Source: Octopus sinensis (Eukaryota). Taken from it: 64,000 bases of DNA. The stretch spans positions 93,000,001 to 93,064,000 of the forward strand of contig NC_043000.1 in NCBI RefSeq assembly GCF_006345805.1, in the 5' to 3' direction. A model generated the notes under the pieces. That model searched no databases. It was not told the origin of the DNA and saw nothing but the letters and a program-made list of their open reading frames with translations. Each line of letters begins with the position of its first letter. The stretch's first letter is position 1. Shown in pieces: positions 38,691-52,060 of the stretch. Made by a program: the position numbers and the translations under genes.

Positions 38691-39129
38691 CCTATATAAT
38701 GCATAAAAATACAAGATAAAATGGAGTGTATAACATAGTACTGTACATAGTATTGCACATACTAATAATGTATATAAAATACTATAAGATCTCACTCTAC
38801 TAAACAGAAGCAGATGCAGATAGCTCTTCATGCTATACCCACATCGATTTACAACCATTTGGTCAGAATGGAAATAGATAATGAGTCAAAGAGAATCTTT
38901 TCTGCTATGAGTATGAGGATTGGAATTTTGGAGGGGGCCAACTGATGCCATCAAGCCCAGTACACATCTTGTACTTTATTTTGTCAACTTTGAAACGATG
39001 AAGAGCAAAGTCGACTTCGGTGACATTTAAACTAAGAATGTAAAGAGAAACAAAATGTCATTTGGCATTCTGTCCAGTGTGCAAATGTATATCAAAAGGA
39101 TCCTGGATCTTTCCTAGGCCACAGCTTCA

Positions 39130-39345
39130 TAAGGATAGTTTCCTGGATTCCATGGTATATATATTCTCTCCTGGATGGGGCACTGGTCCATCGCAGGAAT
39201 ACTCATTTTTGTCCTCTGAGTAGACTGGAGCAACATGAAATTAAGTATTTTGCTCAAAAACACAAGGCATCATCTAATCCAGGAATTGAAACCACAATCT
39301 TACAATAATGATTGCATTTTCGTTAACTACTAAGTCATTTGTCTC
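39130..39345 (-). mobile_element. CORE-like tRNA SINE variant
   Basis: AGACTGGAGCAACATGAAATTAAGTATTTTGCTCAA..GGAATTGAAACC. Confidence 0.6.
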
Positions 39346-39369
39346 CATGTAAATGTCTTGCAAACAACT

Positions 39370-39581
39370 TGCACATGCAAGTGCTACCAGTCAAGAACTC
39401 CGCATACCAGAAGCCAGCAAGAGTATGGGGTCATTAGGTGAGAATGCGTGCCGTTTCGGGGTCTACCTTTCGACGGCATCAATGCACACTGGCCCCCTTC
39501 ACTGATATGAGCCCCCTCCACCCTTGCTAGATCAACTGGTTATTAAATAAAGCTCACTATTTCTTTAGCCATTTATATACA
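39370..39581. mobile_element. Candidate solo LTR
   Basis: TG...CA ends, 4-bp AACT duplication (39366-69, 39582-85), AATAAA near the 3' end, GC-richer than flanks. Confidence 0.4.
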
Positions 39582-39754
39582 AACTATTAATGTTACACCT
39601 GCATAGCGATACATATACACTGCTAGATGGTTGATCTGAGCTTTTCCAAATTTATGTGCATTAATGCACACCCTACATTGTGACACATACACACAGCTAG
39701 ATTGTTAATCTGAGCCATTGAATATTTAGATACTGCATGTTGCTTCTACACATT

Positions 39755-40150
39755 TTTTACTCTTTTATTTGTTTCAGTTATTGAACTGTGGCCATGCTGG
39801 AGCACCACCTTTAAGTTGAGCAAATTAACCCCAGGACTTGTAAGCCTAGTACTTATTCTATTGGTTGCTTTTACCGAACCGCTAAGTTATGGGGATGTAA
39901 ACACACCAGCATCAGTTGTCGAGCGATGTTGGAGGGACAAACACAGACACACATACATACACACACATACACATATATATATATACATATATACGACGTG
40001 CTTCTTTCAGTTTCCGTCTACGAAATCCACTCACAAGGCTTTGGTGGGCCCGAGGCTATAGTAGAAGACACTTGCCCAAGATGCCACGCAGTGGGACTGA
40101 ACCCAGAACCATGTGGTTGGTAAGCAAGCTACTTACCACACAGCCACTCA
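39755..40150 (-). mobile_element. SINE family A
   Basis: Full head and tail. Confidence 0.9.
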
Positions 40151-41064
40151 CACAACCAGATTAACCAATCTGTTATTTTTGAGAATCAGGGAACCTAAAT
40201 CTTTTGTTACCACATTTTGTTTGAAGTACAGTAACTTTGTTCCAATTAGTTTCTAAAATAATACAGAAAATAATGAAATAAATTTACCAGGTTAATAAAC
40301 TGGAGATTGAAACAAATTAACACGACATTTTGAGATTAGATTTTAATTTCGATCTCTTTGAAGTTGAATGTTTATTTCTTCAAACCAAGGATGTCTCCAG
40401 TAGATACGCATTCCAAAGTGTTAATGATGGCATGCAATGTGTTTTTGGTGATAAGTCATAAGTGGCCAGCTGCATGAAAGCCTCACTACAAGGTCTTATT
40501 CTTTACTAGAAATAGCAACCAAATCTCTCAAATTATGATGTACCATTTAAAAAAAAAAGGCTAAATTGGATGCTTTGGCCCCCAAAAATGTCAGAAATGT
40601 CAAAGCTGGAATACCTATTTCTTTATTACCCACAAGGGGCTAAACAAGGGACAAAGACAGACATAGGTATTAAGTCGATTACACCGACCCCAGTGCGTAA
40701 CTGGTACTTAACTTATCGACCCCAAAAGGATGAAAGGCAAAGTCGACCTATACCTTAGATCAAATATTTGGTCATCAAACTGAATAAAGAATTATACAAT
40801 TATTAAAGCAATAATAAAAGCAACAACTATCATTTCTGTTTTTTGTTATGCACACACGCATATATGTACATGTATGTATATATATATACACATATAAATG
40901 TTTTACATGTACAAATCACCTGGGATATTCCAGAAACAGCTGTAAGACATTAATTATTTGTACTTCTCCATTTTTGATTCATCTTTCTCTAATTAAATAT
41001 TCTAAATGACCTGAGATACTCATCCTGTCCTGGTTTTGTTTTCCTTTTCATTCAATATATATAT

Positions 41065-41425
41065 TCTTTCATTCTTTTACTTGTTTCAGTCAAATGACTG
41101 TGGCCATTGCTGGAGCACTCTCTTTAGTCGAGCAAATCAACCCCAGGATGTATTCTTTGTAAGCGTAGTACTTATTCTATCAGTCTCTTTTACTGAACTG
41201 CTAAGTTATGAGGAGGTAAACACAACAGCATTGGTTGTCAAGTAATGTTGAGTATGACATACACAGACACACACACACACACTACATACGACGGGCTTGT
41301 TTCAGTTTCCATCTACCAAATCTAATCACATGGCTTAGGTCGGCCCAAGGCTATAGTAGAAGACATTTGCCTAAGATGCCATGCAGTGGTACTGAACCTG
41401 GAACCATGTGGTTGGTAAGCAAGCT
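41065..41425 (-). mobile_element. SINE family A
   Basis: Diagnostic motifs. Confidence 0.85.
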
Positions 41426-41669
41426 ATATATATGTATTTATACCGGAGTAAACACACAAATGTGAAACAAGGTGGAAAAAAGAGTACTCAAATACCAGTG
41501 GTAGAGTAATATGCTTTATTATAAAGTATATGTATTTATATATATATATACACACACACATATGTAAGTATATATATACACACACATATATAAATATATA
41601 TATATATACACACTCATATGTATATGTAGATCTATCTATCTATTTATCTATATCCATATATATTCTTTT

Positions 41670-42490
41670 ATTTTCTTTTATTATTTTACATGTTTCAGAC
41701 TGTGGCCATGCTAAGGCACTGCCTTTTAGTAAAAAAAATCGTCCCAAAGACATATTTTTTGTATGCCTGGTGCTTATTTTATTGATATCTTCAGCTGAAC
41801 CGCTAAATTACAAGGACATAAACACACCAACATCAGTTGTCAAGTGATGGTGATGGGAGGACAAACACTGACACAAGCACATGCATATAAATATATTTAT
41901 ATATATATATATATATACAAAATAAGAAAATGGAGGAGTAGATTTCTATCAATCATCAACTACTAGATAATACCAATTCATATAATTTATAAACTAATTA
42001 TTTGGGAACATCCAGATAAAATAGAATAATACAGAATAAAACAGTACATATCAATGAGTAAGATAATACCATAAGAACAATACATATAAATATAAAATGG
42101 ATCTTACAGTTGTTTCAGCCTGTAAATAAGTGTATCTCATTATGCTTATATTAGTCAGATGTATTAAGGTAATATGCGATTATAAATGAGTTACTTATAT
42201 ATATATCTCAAGGCCTTGTCAGAGATTATAAAGTACAAATATAGAGGTATAAAATGAAGATATAAAGTGCAAATATGAGTATTAGAGAAGGTACACTCAC
42301 AACCCCTATCTCACTTTGTAATATATATATATATATGTATGTATACAATAGGATTTTTTCAGTTTCCATCTATCAAATCCACTCACAAGGCTTTGGTCAG
42401 CCTGAGGCTATAGTAGATAGAAGACACTACCCAAGGTGCCACACAGTGGGACTGAACCCAGAACCATGGGGTTGAGAAGCAACCTTCTTC
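41670..42490 (-). mobile_element. Family A tail half (41670-41880) and head half (42350-42490) separated by a (TA)n-associated insertion
   Basis: Complementary halves in the same orientation. Confidence 0.65.
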
Positions 42491-42670
42491 CCTTCTACCA
42501 TAGGCCCAAACTTTGAAATTTTGGAGAAAGGGGTTAGGCAACTACATCAACCCCAGTTCTCATTTGGTGCTTATTTCACCAACTCTGATATGATGAAAGG
42601 CAAAGTCGACCTCAGCAGTATCTGAACTCAGAAAGTGATACTGCTATTCATTTTGTCTGGCATGATAACA
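42480..42670 (-). mobile_element. SINE family B (degenerate)
   Basis: GATGAAAGGCAAAGTCGACCTC..TGAACTCAGAA. Confidence 0.7.
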
Positions 42671-42759
42671 ACGCAAACTGCCTATCTTGCACACACACAC
42701 ACACGCACACACACACACACGCACACACACGCACACACACACACACGCACACACGGATA

Positions 42760-43040
42760 TCAGATGTTGTTACACATCGCTCGTCACAATGCACTTCGCA
42801 TTGTCTTAGCCTTCAAATGATACCACCCAGCTTGTTAAGTGAGCAGGCCAACAGAAAAAAGAGTTAGGGAAAGTTGTGGCGAAAGAGTACAGCAGGGATT
42901 GCCACCACTCCCTGCCGGAGCCTCATGTAGCTTTTAGGTGTTTTCAGTCAATAAACTCTCACAATGTCCGATCTGGGGATTGAAACCGCGATCCTATGAT
43001 CGCAAGTCCACTGCCCAAACTACTGGGCTATTGTGCCTCC
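42760..43040 (-). mobile_element. tRNA-derived SINE family E
   Basis: Minus-strand head GGAGGCACAATAGCCCAGTAG...GGTTTCAATCCCC (A/B boxes). Confidence 0.7.
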
Positions 43041-43061
43041 ACACACACACACATAAATATA

Positions 43062-43122
<61 letters not shown>

Positions 43123-43184
43123 CATACATATATATATACATGTATATATATATAATATATATATATATATAAATATATATATGC

Positions 43185-43219
<35 letters not shown>

Positions 43220-43795
43220 AATATAATATATATATATATATATATTGGCATAAGGCAAACAGTAATGTTGTGATATTGATGCCTTTCTCAATGAGAGATT
43301 TGCAAGTATTGGAGAAGTAAAATAAAAGAGGAATCAAAATTCACGTCATTCTTCAGAATTCCTCTCAACCCCCAAACTACAACAACAGCAAGAGCGACAA
43401 TGGTAAGAAACAAGATATTAAGTTAAAAAGTCAGAAAGACAAATACAACCTCGAAGAACTAAATTAATAAGCGAAAGTAAAAAAGTATTTTTATAAAAAG
43501 TAAAATAAATGAAAAGACAAATTAGAAATACAAGGAAACAAAAATGAATATTACTTGGGAAAAAAAGGTATAGGAACAGAAATAATAAAAAAAAAACAAT
43601 AATAATAATAAAAAAGGGGAAAGAATATAGAGATATAAACAAAAGTAACACTGATGTGTTGGATTGAATAAAATGACAGGTGTTGAATATTAATCAATGG
43701 TGCATATGTAGTTTAATATGTAAGTATATATATGTCTATGCATGTGTATACATACATGCAAGCATACATATATATACAAATAAACATACACTCAC

Positions 43796-43842
<47 letters not shown>

Positions 43843-43874
43843 CATGTACATATATATCTATATACATATGTATG

Positions 43875-43922
<48 letters not shown>

Positions 43923-44645
43923 CTGTGTGTGTATATATGCATGTATATATATATATAAATATATATGTATATATGAATATATATATATGTATGTATAAAT
44001 GTGTGTATGTATTTATATACATACATACACCTATTTATCGGCACGCTTATTTTTTAGAGTTTATTTTTTTATATCCTATCACTTTTGTTTATTTAATTTG
44101 TTTTTGCTTATTTTTTACTGTTCTTTTGCTTTTTTGTTTTTGCTTTATTTTGCAGTATGTGTTCAGCCCAAAGAGGTGACTTTCAATCATCTCAAATATA
44201 CTATTAGCATAATGTAAGTATTAGTTATAAGTTGATTCGCGGAATCTCAGCAACGGTTTTTCCCCGAACTTGATATAGTAACGGCAGGAATTAAACTGAA
44301 CACTAAGGAATCTGATTAAAGAAAAATCAATGCACCCATCTTTCTTGTTCTTCAATTTAGTCTTGTTTTATCCTTTCTATCTTCCTTCTTCCTTTCTTTA
44401 TCTTCAGCTTCTCTGTATAATATATTATCTTTTTGTCTTCATATGCATATACATACATATATATATGTATATATATATATACACGTGTGTGTATGTATAT
44501 ATATATATATATATGTATATACATATATATATATACACACACACACATATACATATGTGCATATATACATATATACGTATATATACATATATACGTATAT
44601 ATATATGTATATATGTATATATATATATATATGTATATATATATG

Positions 44646-44683
<38 letters not shown>

Positions 44684-44841
44684 TGTATATACACATATAT
44701 GTATATATATATGTGCATATATATAAATACATATACACACACACACACACCATATATATTGTGTCATTATTTCTGCTTCATTCTTCTGTTTCATCCGAAT
44801 TCTTCCTTTTTTATTTATTTTTTGCTGCCGTGAGTGTGTGT

Positions 44842-44878
<37 letters not shown>

Positions 44879-44880
44879 TT
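43040..44880. repeat. Three (TA)n/(TG)n/(CA)n blocks (43040-43250, 43730-44040, 44440-44880)
   Basis: Direct inspection. Confidence 0.9.
44156..44213 (+). CDS. Candidate 58-bp internal exon of an unidentified gene (CVQPKEVTFNHLKYTISI)
   Basis: Long pyrimidine tract + TTGCAG acceptor, AAT|GTAAGT donor, one open frame; no partner exons confirmed. Confidence 0.3.
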
Positions 44881-45374
44881 CATTCCTTTCTCATCCTTTT
44901 TTTCACAATCTTCTTTTGCTTCTGTTTTTTGCATGTCTTTTGCTTCTTTCTTTCAGAGTTTTTATTATTATTTTTTTTTATTGTTTTCTATATTTGTCAT
45001 TCATGAGGAATTGGATATTTAGGATTAGCAGAGTTGGATGTTGCAGTGTTCATGCCTTTCCCCTAAATACATTACCATGACTCAGTGAAGACCTTACACC
45101 TACCACCAAAAATTCAATGATCATGACTATCATTAGCAGACGACCACACCACATGTCTACGATTAGCGCAATCAGTTGAAAGTCTGCTGAATAAGATTTG
45201 TAATTCTTTTCCCAATCTCTTTCATCAATGATAGGTGAAGCTCACTTAAGTTAAATTTGAACACAAAATGTTAAGTGCAAAAATAGATATTATGAAAGTA
45301 TGCATATACACATATTCACACATACATACATACTTGGATATTCAGAGAAAGAAATCAAACAGCTGATTTGTACA

Positions 45375-45520
45375 TTGCAAATACAATCTATAAGTGGAAC
45401 AATAAAACTATGCAAGACTTTTCTCAAGTTTAAAATGTGACATTGTTTTCGTTATCTACATTCCAAAGATGGAGCTCTGAATCTTTGTTAGAAACTAGTT
45501 CCTTCTTCAAAGGAAGAATT
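45375..45520 (+). mobile_element. RLE LINE 3' end fragment
   Basis: Homologous to 4280-4445. Confidence 0.65.
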
Positions 45521-45619
45521 TAAATGATTAGATACAGAAGAGACACATCAGGTCATCCCATAAGTTCTGTCTTTTTAAAAATTGAATGAAATTTAATAGT
45601 ATTTCAGAATGTCTAATCA

Positions 45620-45995
45620 TCATCACCATCGATTAACGTCTGCTTTCCATGCTAGCATGGGTTGGACGATTTGACGGAGGACTGGCGAACCAGATGGCTG
45701 CACCAGGCTTCAATCTGATCTGGCAGAGTTTCTACAGGTAGATGCCCTTCCTAACGCCAACCACTCTGGGAGTGTAGTGGGTGCTTTTACGTGGTACCAG
45801 CACGAGGGCCAGTCTGGCGGTAGTGGCAACGGCCACACTCGAAATGGTAATTTTTACATGCCACCTGCACAGAAGTCAATCCAGCGCCACTGGCAATGAC
45901 CTCGCTCGAATGTTTTGTTCATGTGCCACCAGCACATGCGCCAGTAAGGCAACTCTCGTAATGATCATGCTCAAATGGAGCTTTTTATGTGCCAT
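45620..45995 (-). mobile_element. Family F element
   Basis: CATC(ATC)..TTTCCATGCTAGCATGG..GATGCCCTTCCTAACGCC. Confidence 0.85.
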
Positions 45996-46054
45996 TCATA
46001 TAAATGAATGCATGTATACACACACAAATGTATAATGCATATATATATATATAT

Positions 46055-46410
46055 ATACTCATTTACTCTTTTACTTGTTTCAGTCATTTGACTGCAGCCA
46101 TGCTGGAGCACCGCCCTTAGTCAAGCAAATCAACCCTAGGGCTTATTCTATCGGTCTCTTTTGCCAAACCGCTAAGTTATGGGGACGTAAACACACCAGC
46201 ATCGGTTGACAAACACAGACACACAAACACAAACACACACATATATACATATATACGACAGGCTTCTTTCAGTTTCTGTCTACCAAATCCACTCACAACA
46301 CTTTGGTCGGCCCAAGTCTATAGTAGAAGACACTTGCCGAAGGTGCCATGCAGTGGGACTGAACCCGGAACCATGTGGTTGGTAAGCAAGCTACTTACCA
46401 CACAGCCAAT
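46055..46410 (-). mobile_element. SINE family A
   Basis: Diagnostic motifs. Confidence 0.9.
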
Positions 46411-46416
46411 CATGTA

Positions 46417-46454
<38 letters not shown>

Positions 46455-46806
46455 TATACTTACATATATATCCATATGCACACACAACATGCAAGACATT
46501 TGCTCTGATGCTTTACCACTGACTTTCTTTTTGAGGAACAAAAAAGCAAATAATAACAACAACTACAACAACAACAACAAGAATATTGAATACAAGTGTA
46601 TTTTTAAGAATACAAAAAAACACCAACAAAAAAGTGGTGTTGCTGCCTCTTAACGAAACAGAGGTAAAATATTGCAAAGATTAGATTTTTCATATATTCA
46701 ACTGAAAATGCATTTTCTATTTGTAAACATTAATGTTAAACAGCCAGCCATTATTTGTATTATATCTGCAAACTCTCATGCACACACACACACACACAGA
46801 CACACA

Positions 46807-46842
<36 letters not shown>

Positions 46843-47039
46843 TATACACATAGACACATACACACAGTCACATGCATTCTCTATTTTCTCTGCCTCTTCC
46901 AAACACATGCACCCATCTGTAAATATGCTTGTAAGTGTCAAGACACTGTTCATTAAGAGTGTATGTGCATGTTCATATGTGTATATATACATAGATACAT
47001 ACATGGACAATGAACTTTCAATTATGATGATGATGATGA

Positions 47040-47096
47040 TGATGATATATACATACATATATATATAATATATATATATATATTATATATATATAC

Positions 47097-47127
<31 letters not shown>

Positions 47128-47515
47128 ATATATATATAATATATATACACACACACAGATATATACATGAATATATACATGAATAATATATATGTAATAT
47201 ATATATACACACACACATATATACATGAATATAATATATGTATACACACATATATAATATGCATATATGTAATATATACAGTATAAATATACGTGTAAAT
47301 ATGTGTATGTGCTTTTGCATAATTACACACATATATGTTTCTACATATATACATACATATTTATATGTATATATACATTATAAGTATATATGTATATATG
47401 TGTGCATGTATATATATATATGTATTCAATATATATGTATGTATATGTATGTATATATATATGTATATGTATATAAATATATATATATATGTATATATAA
47501 ATATATATATATACC

Positions 47516-47548
<33 letters not shown>

Positions 47549-47780
47549 TATATATATATACACACACACATAAATCATTTTGATACGTAAAAATAAAGTA
47601 GTCTTGAAATTTGAGGCACATGCACACACATGCATGCGTGCGCACATGCACACACACACACATACACACATGCATACTGATTTATACACAGATCTAATAA
47701 ACACCTCATATTCCAAAATACATGCACACACACATAAAAAAAACCCACACATATATATATATTTATCTTACCAAATATGA
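47040..47780. repeat. (TA)n/(CA)n compound microsatellite
   Basis: Direct inspection. Confidence 0.9.
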
Positions 47781-47974
47781 TATAAATCTTATATAAATTT
47801 GTATATATGGTTCCAAGGCTGATGTTGGCATTTCTCATGGTTTTCTCATTATTGTAGCAGTTGTTTTCCTATTTTATTGTTTTGCCATTGTTGTTGTTGT
47901 TGCTGTAATGTTATTTTTAGTCATCACTGCCGTTGATTTTGTAATTTATTTATTTTTATAAATTTATTATTATT

Positions 47975-48390
47975 ATTCTTTCATTCTTTTACTTGTTTCT
48001 GTCTTTTGACAGTCAGTGGCCATGCTGAAGCACCACCTTTAGTTGAACACATTGAGCCCAGGAGTTACTCTTTGTAAGCCTAGTACTTATTCTATCAGTC
48101 TCTTTTGCTGAACTGCTGAGTTACAGAGGGGTAAACACACCAATATTAGTTGTCAAGTGATGGTGGGTGGACAAACACAGACACACAAATACATACATAC
48201 ATATACATATACATATATACATACACACACACACACATATATATATATAACGAGCTTCTTCCAGTTTCCGCCTGCTAAACCCACTCACGAAGCTTTCGTA
48301 GAAGACACTTGCCCAAGGTGCCACGCAATGGGACTGAACTCAGAACCATGTGGATGGGAAGCAAATTCCTTACAACACAGCCATTCCTGG
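47975..48390 (-). mobile_element. SINE family A
   Basis: Diagnostic motifs. Confidence 0.85.
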
Positions 48391-48539
48391 ACCTATTATA
48401 TATATTTTTCATATTAGTTTATTTATTTAATTCTCTGTTGTAATATTGTTTTTAGTGTACAGTTTTTGTTGTAATTTGCAGAACAGCAGTTTTCTTTGAG
48501 CATTGGACTAAATATCTGGTGGTATTTAGTTATGGTGAA

Positions 48540-48950
48540 AGAGAATGGCACAGTGGTTAGGGTGTCCAGCTCATGGTTCCTTGATCTGGTAGTGTGTTAC
48601 ACCCTTCAGCAAAACATTTCACCCAACTCTCTAGAGATGAGGACTGACTGGGACACTGCTTTAGGGGGTCACTCAAGCATATACCAACAGACAGTGGAAG
48701 CAGTGTCATGCTGCAATGGTGCATTCCCCCCTCATCTGACTTGCCTATTAAAGGAAGGTGAGGATGGAGTGTGACGCATTTTCTTCCAGAATATTTTTCA
48801 AAAGCCAGGTGATGGCAGCAAAAAATGGTAAAGGGGAAGCATGTTTTTGTTAATTGGAGGGCGACATTTAAGTGAGGACTCGTGTTCTTGATAGCCAGGA
48901 TGATCTTGATTCAGTAGGGTTCCTTGACTGGCCCTAGTTGGAAGGGCATC
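48540..48950 (+). mobile_element. Old tRNA-derived SINE-like element
   Basis: TGGCACAGTGGTTAGGGTGTC A box; CORE-like CCTTCAGCAAAACATTTCACC; GGAAGGGCATCC end. Confidence 0.45.
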
Positions 48951-49564
48951 CTTTATGAGAAGGATTGCATCATAGATGTGTTCACATATATTGTAAATAA
49001 TGCATACTTTTTATCTCATTTTCCCTCTCCTCTCCCTTTCTTCTTCACATCTTTTAAGTACTCCCACACACACACCACCACCACCACCATTACACTCTAA
49101 ATTGTAAAGTGTCCTTGTAATAACTGCTTCATCTGATGCTACAAAGATTTGCTCCCAGCAAATGAATCACCATCATCATCATCATCATCATTATATTTGA
49201 CTCTTATTGTGTATAGACATCTTTCTGATTTTCATATACACATACACACACATGCACATAAACACGCACATACAGACACACATATATAAAATTTTATATT
49301 ATTATCTGTAATAAAGAGTGGTAAGGTTCGACAATTGTTTGAGAATCATAAAAAATTCCATTCAGTTTTTCTTCTAACCCTTCCAATTTTGCGTTTGATT
49401 TTCATTCAAGCTAACCTTGCTTTCATCTCTTCAAGTTCAATAGAATAAAGTACCAGTTACTGAATAATACCCACCTTGCGAAAACATTGCTCATCCTATC
49501 CCTGAAGTAGAAACTATTATTCTTTAAAATTAGTATTTTTAGTTATTTTTTTTTTAATGCTACA

Positions 49565-49780
49565 AGTTGGCAGAATCGTTAGCTCACCGGAAAGAATACT
49601 AAGCAGCATTTTGTCAGTCTTCATGTTCTGAGTTCAAATGCTGCTAGGGTTGACTTTACTTTTATCCTTTCGGGTTTGATTAAATAAATACCAGTTGAGC
49701 ACTGGGGGCGATCTAATCAACATACCCCCTCTCCCAAAATTGCTGGCTTTGTGCCAAAATTTGAAACCAATATTTTAAAG
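49565..49780 (+). mobile_element. SINE family B
   Basis: Diagnostic motifs. Confidence 0.85.
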
Positions 49781-49854
49781 TCATTTTAACCCATTAGCAT
49801 TCATGGTCTTTTTTTAGGACCAGAAGGATAATCCATCACATCTCTGTAATACAC

Positions 49855-50210
49855 TTTTACTCTCTTTTAGTTGTTTCAGTCATTTAACTGTGGCCATGCT
49901 GGAGCACTGCCTTTAGCCGAACAAATTGACCCCAGGACTTATTCTTTGTAAGCCTAGTACTTATACTATCAGTCTCTTTTACGGGACGTAAACACACCAG
50001 CATCAGTTGTCAAGCGATGTTGGGGGGACAAACACAGACACACATATATATATACATATATACGACAGGCTTCTTTCAGTTTCCGTCTTCCAAATCCACT
50101 CACAAGGCTTTGGTTGGCCTGAGGCTATAGTAGAAGACACTTGCCCAAGGTGCCCCGCAGTGGGACTGAACCTGGTAAGCAAGCTACTTACCACACAGCC
50201 ACACAGCCAC
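49855..50210 (-). mobile_element. SINE family A
   Basis: Diagnostic motifs. Confidence 0.9.
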
Positions 50211-50344
50211 TCCTTGAGATATCTTTAGTTAGTCATCAAGACTGAAGTATCTTTTAAATATTCTAATAAATTTTTTATATATATATTTAGTTGTATAAAA
50301 AAATTTTTGGTAGCAAATTAAATAAAAAAAATTTGGGGCACTAA

Positions 50345-51040
50345 CAGCTTAAGATGGTAAGCAGGCAGGTAATCATTAGCAGGCAGGTAAAATGCCTAGA
50401 AGCATTGCTGTCAAGGTCAGCTTTATTTTTCCTCCATTTGGGGTTGATAAAATAGGTACCAGCAGAACATGGATTGTGAGGGGGGAATCAATATATACCC
50501 ACCTCCAAAATTGCTGACCTTGTGATGAAATTTGAAACCGTTATTTTCAACTCTTTTTAAGCTGGTAAAACTGTTTGCAGGCCAGGAATGAGATACCTAG
50601 AGGTATCTCATTCATCATGTTCTGAGTTCAAATGCTGCCAAAGCCAACTTTACTTTTCGAAACTTATGAGGTTGATAAAATAGGGACCAGAAGAATACTG
50701 AGGAAGGGAGGGAGAAGTTGATCTAATCAACTTATATCCACCCCAAAAATTTCTAGCCTTATGCCAGAATTCGAATCCAGTAATTTGAACTCTTTTTGAG
50801 GTAGGGAACTGGCAGAATCATTAGCATGCCGAGCAAAAAGCCTGGCAGCAATTCATTCATCTTCACATTCTGTGTTCAAATCCCACTAGGATCAACTTCA
50901 CCCTTCATCCTTTCGAGGTATTTAAAATAAGTACTGGTGGTGTGTGTGGGGGGGGGGAGTCAGTGTAATCAACTTGTAACATCTACCTCTCCCAAAATTG
51001 CTGGCTTGGTGCAAAAATTTAAAAACCAATATTTTTAACA
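50345..51040 (+). mobile_element. Head-to-tail array of three family B SINEs
   Basis: Junctions share AACTCTTTTT. Confidence 0.8.
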
Positions 51041-51474
51041 TTTTATCTAGTAATATTTTTTCTGAGATATTTTTCCACATATTTTCAATTATATTTCTTT
51101 TGTTATTATCCGTAATTTTATTCTCATCTCTCATCCAGAACCTTTTCTCATACCTCGTTCCACTCCATCTCATTCAGCCTCCCTCCATTCTTCTATCTTT
51201 CCTTTCGAGCAATGATTTTCCTGCGTAGTCATTTTCCTTCAAATTTCACTACCATTTCTGGTTAAATGTGGCAAAGCTCTTCCCAATATAAACCAATAAT
51301 CAGAGATTAGTTCCGAAGAGCACCCAAAGAATGGTAAGCAGTTGACAAGTCTGATAAAAGCCTTCTAATCAGAGAATTTGTCAGGCAGATTTATCAGAAA
51401 TAGTTTGCGTCTTATGGTATGTATCGTGCTGGATAAAAGTTGACAATAATAGCAATAAGAAATATTATGAAAAG

Positions 51475-51584
51475 ATGATGATGATGACGACAACGACAAT
51501 GATGATGGCAATGACAGTGATGACGATGATGATAATGATGATGATGACAATGATGATGATGATGATGTGATGATGATGATGATG

Positions 51585-51616
<32 letters not shown>

Positions 51617-52060
51617 GGGATGTTAGTTAACGATTACAATGATGCTGACAACAACGATGACAATGATGATCAAATAAGAGGAAGCCGAGGAGGAGGAGAA
51701 GGAGGAGGAAGGAAGGGGAGTAGTAGGAGGATGTTAATTCTTTGAAATACATGTTAGTTATTTATGAATATACACATGCATGTATACAAATGCCCATAAA
51801 TACCCATACCCATACGTGTGTGTGTGTGTGTGTGTGTATACATACATGTATGGATGTATGCATGCATACCATGCATATATACACACACATGTATATATAT
51901 GTACATACATACATACATACATACAGATAAATAGATAGATAGATATACATACATATACATATTTATTAGCTGTACATATAAATAACTATATTTACAGAAA
52001 TGCAAGCAGAAATATGTATGGGTATGGGTGTGTGTGTGTGTGTGTGTGTTTGTGTGTTGG
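51475..52060. repeat. (GAT)n, (GAG)n, (TG)n and (CATA)n tracts
   Basis: Direct inspection. Confidence 0.9.
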
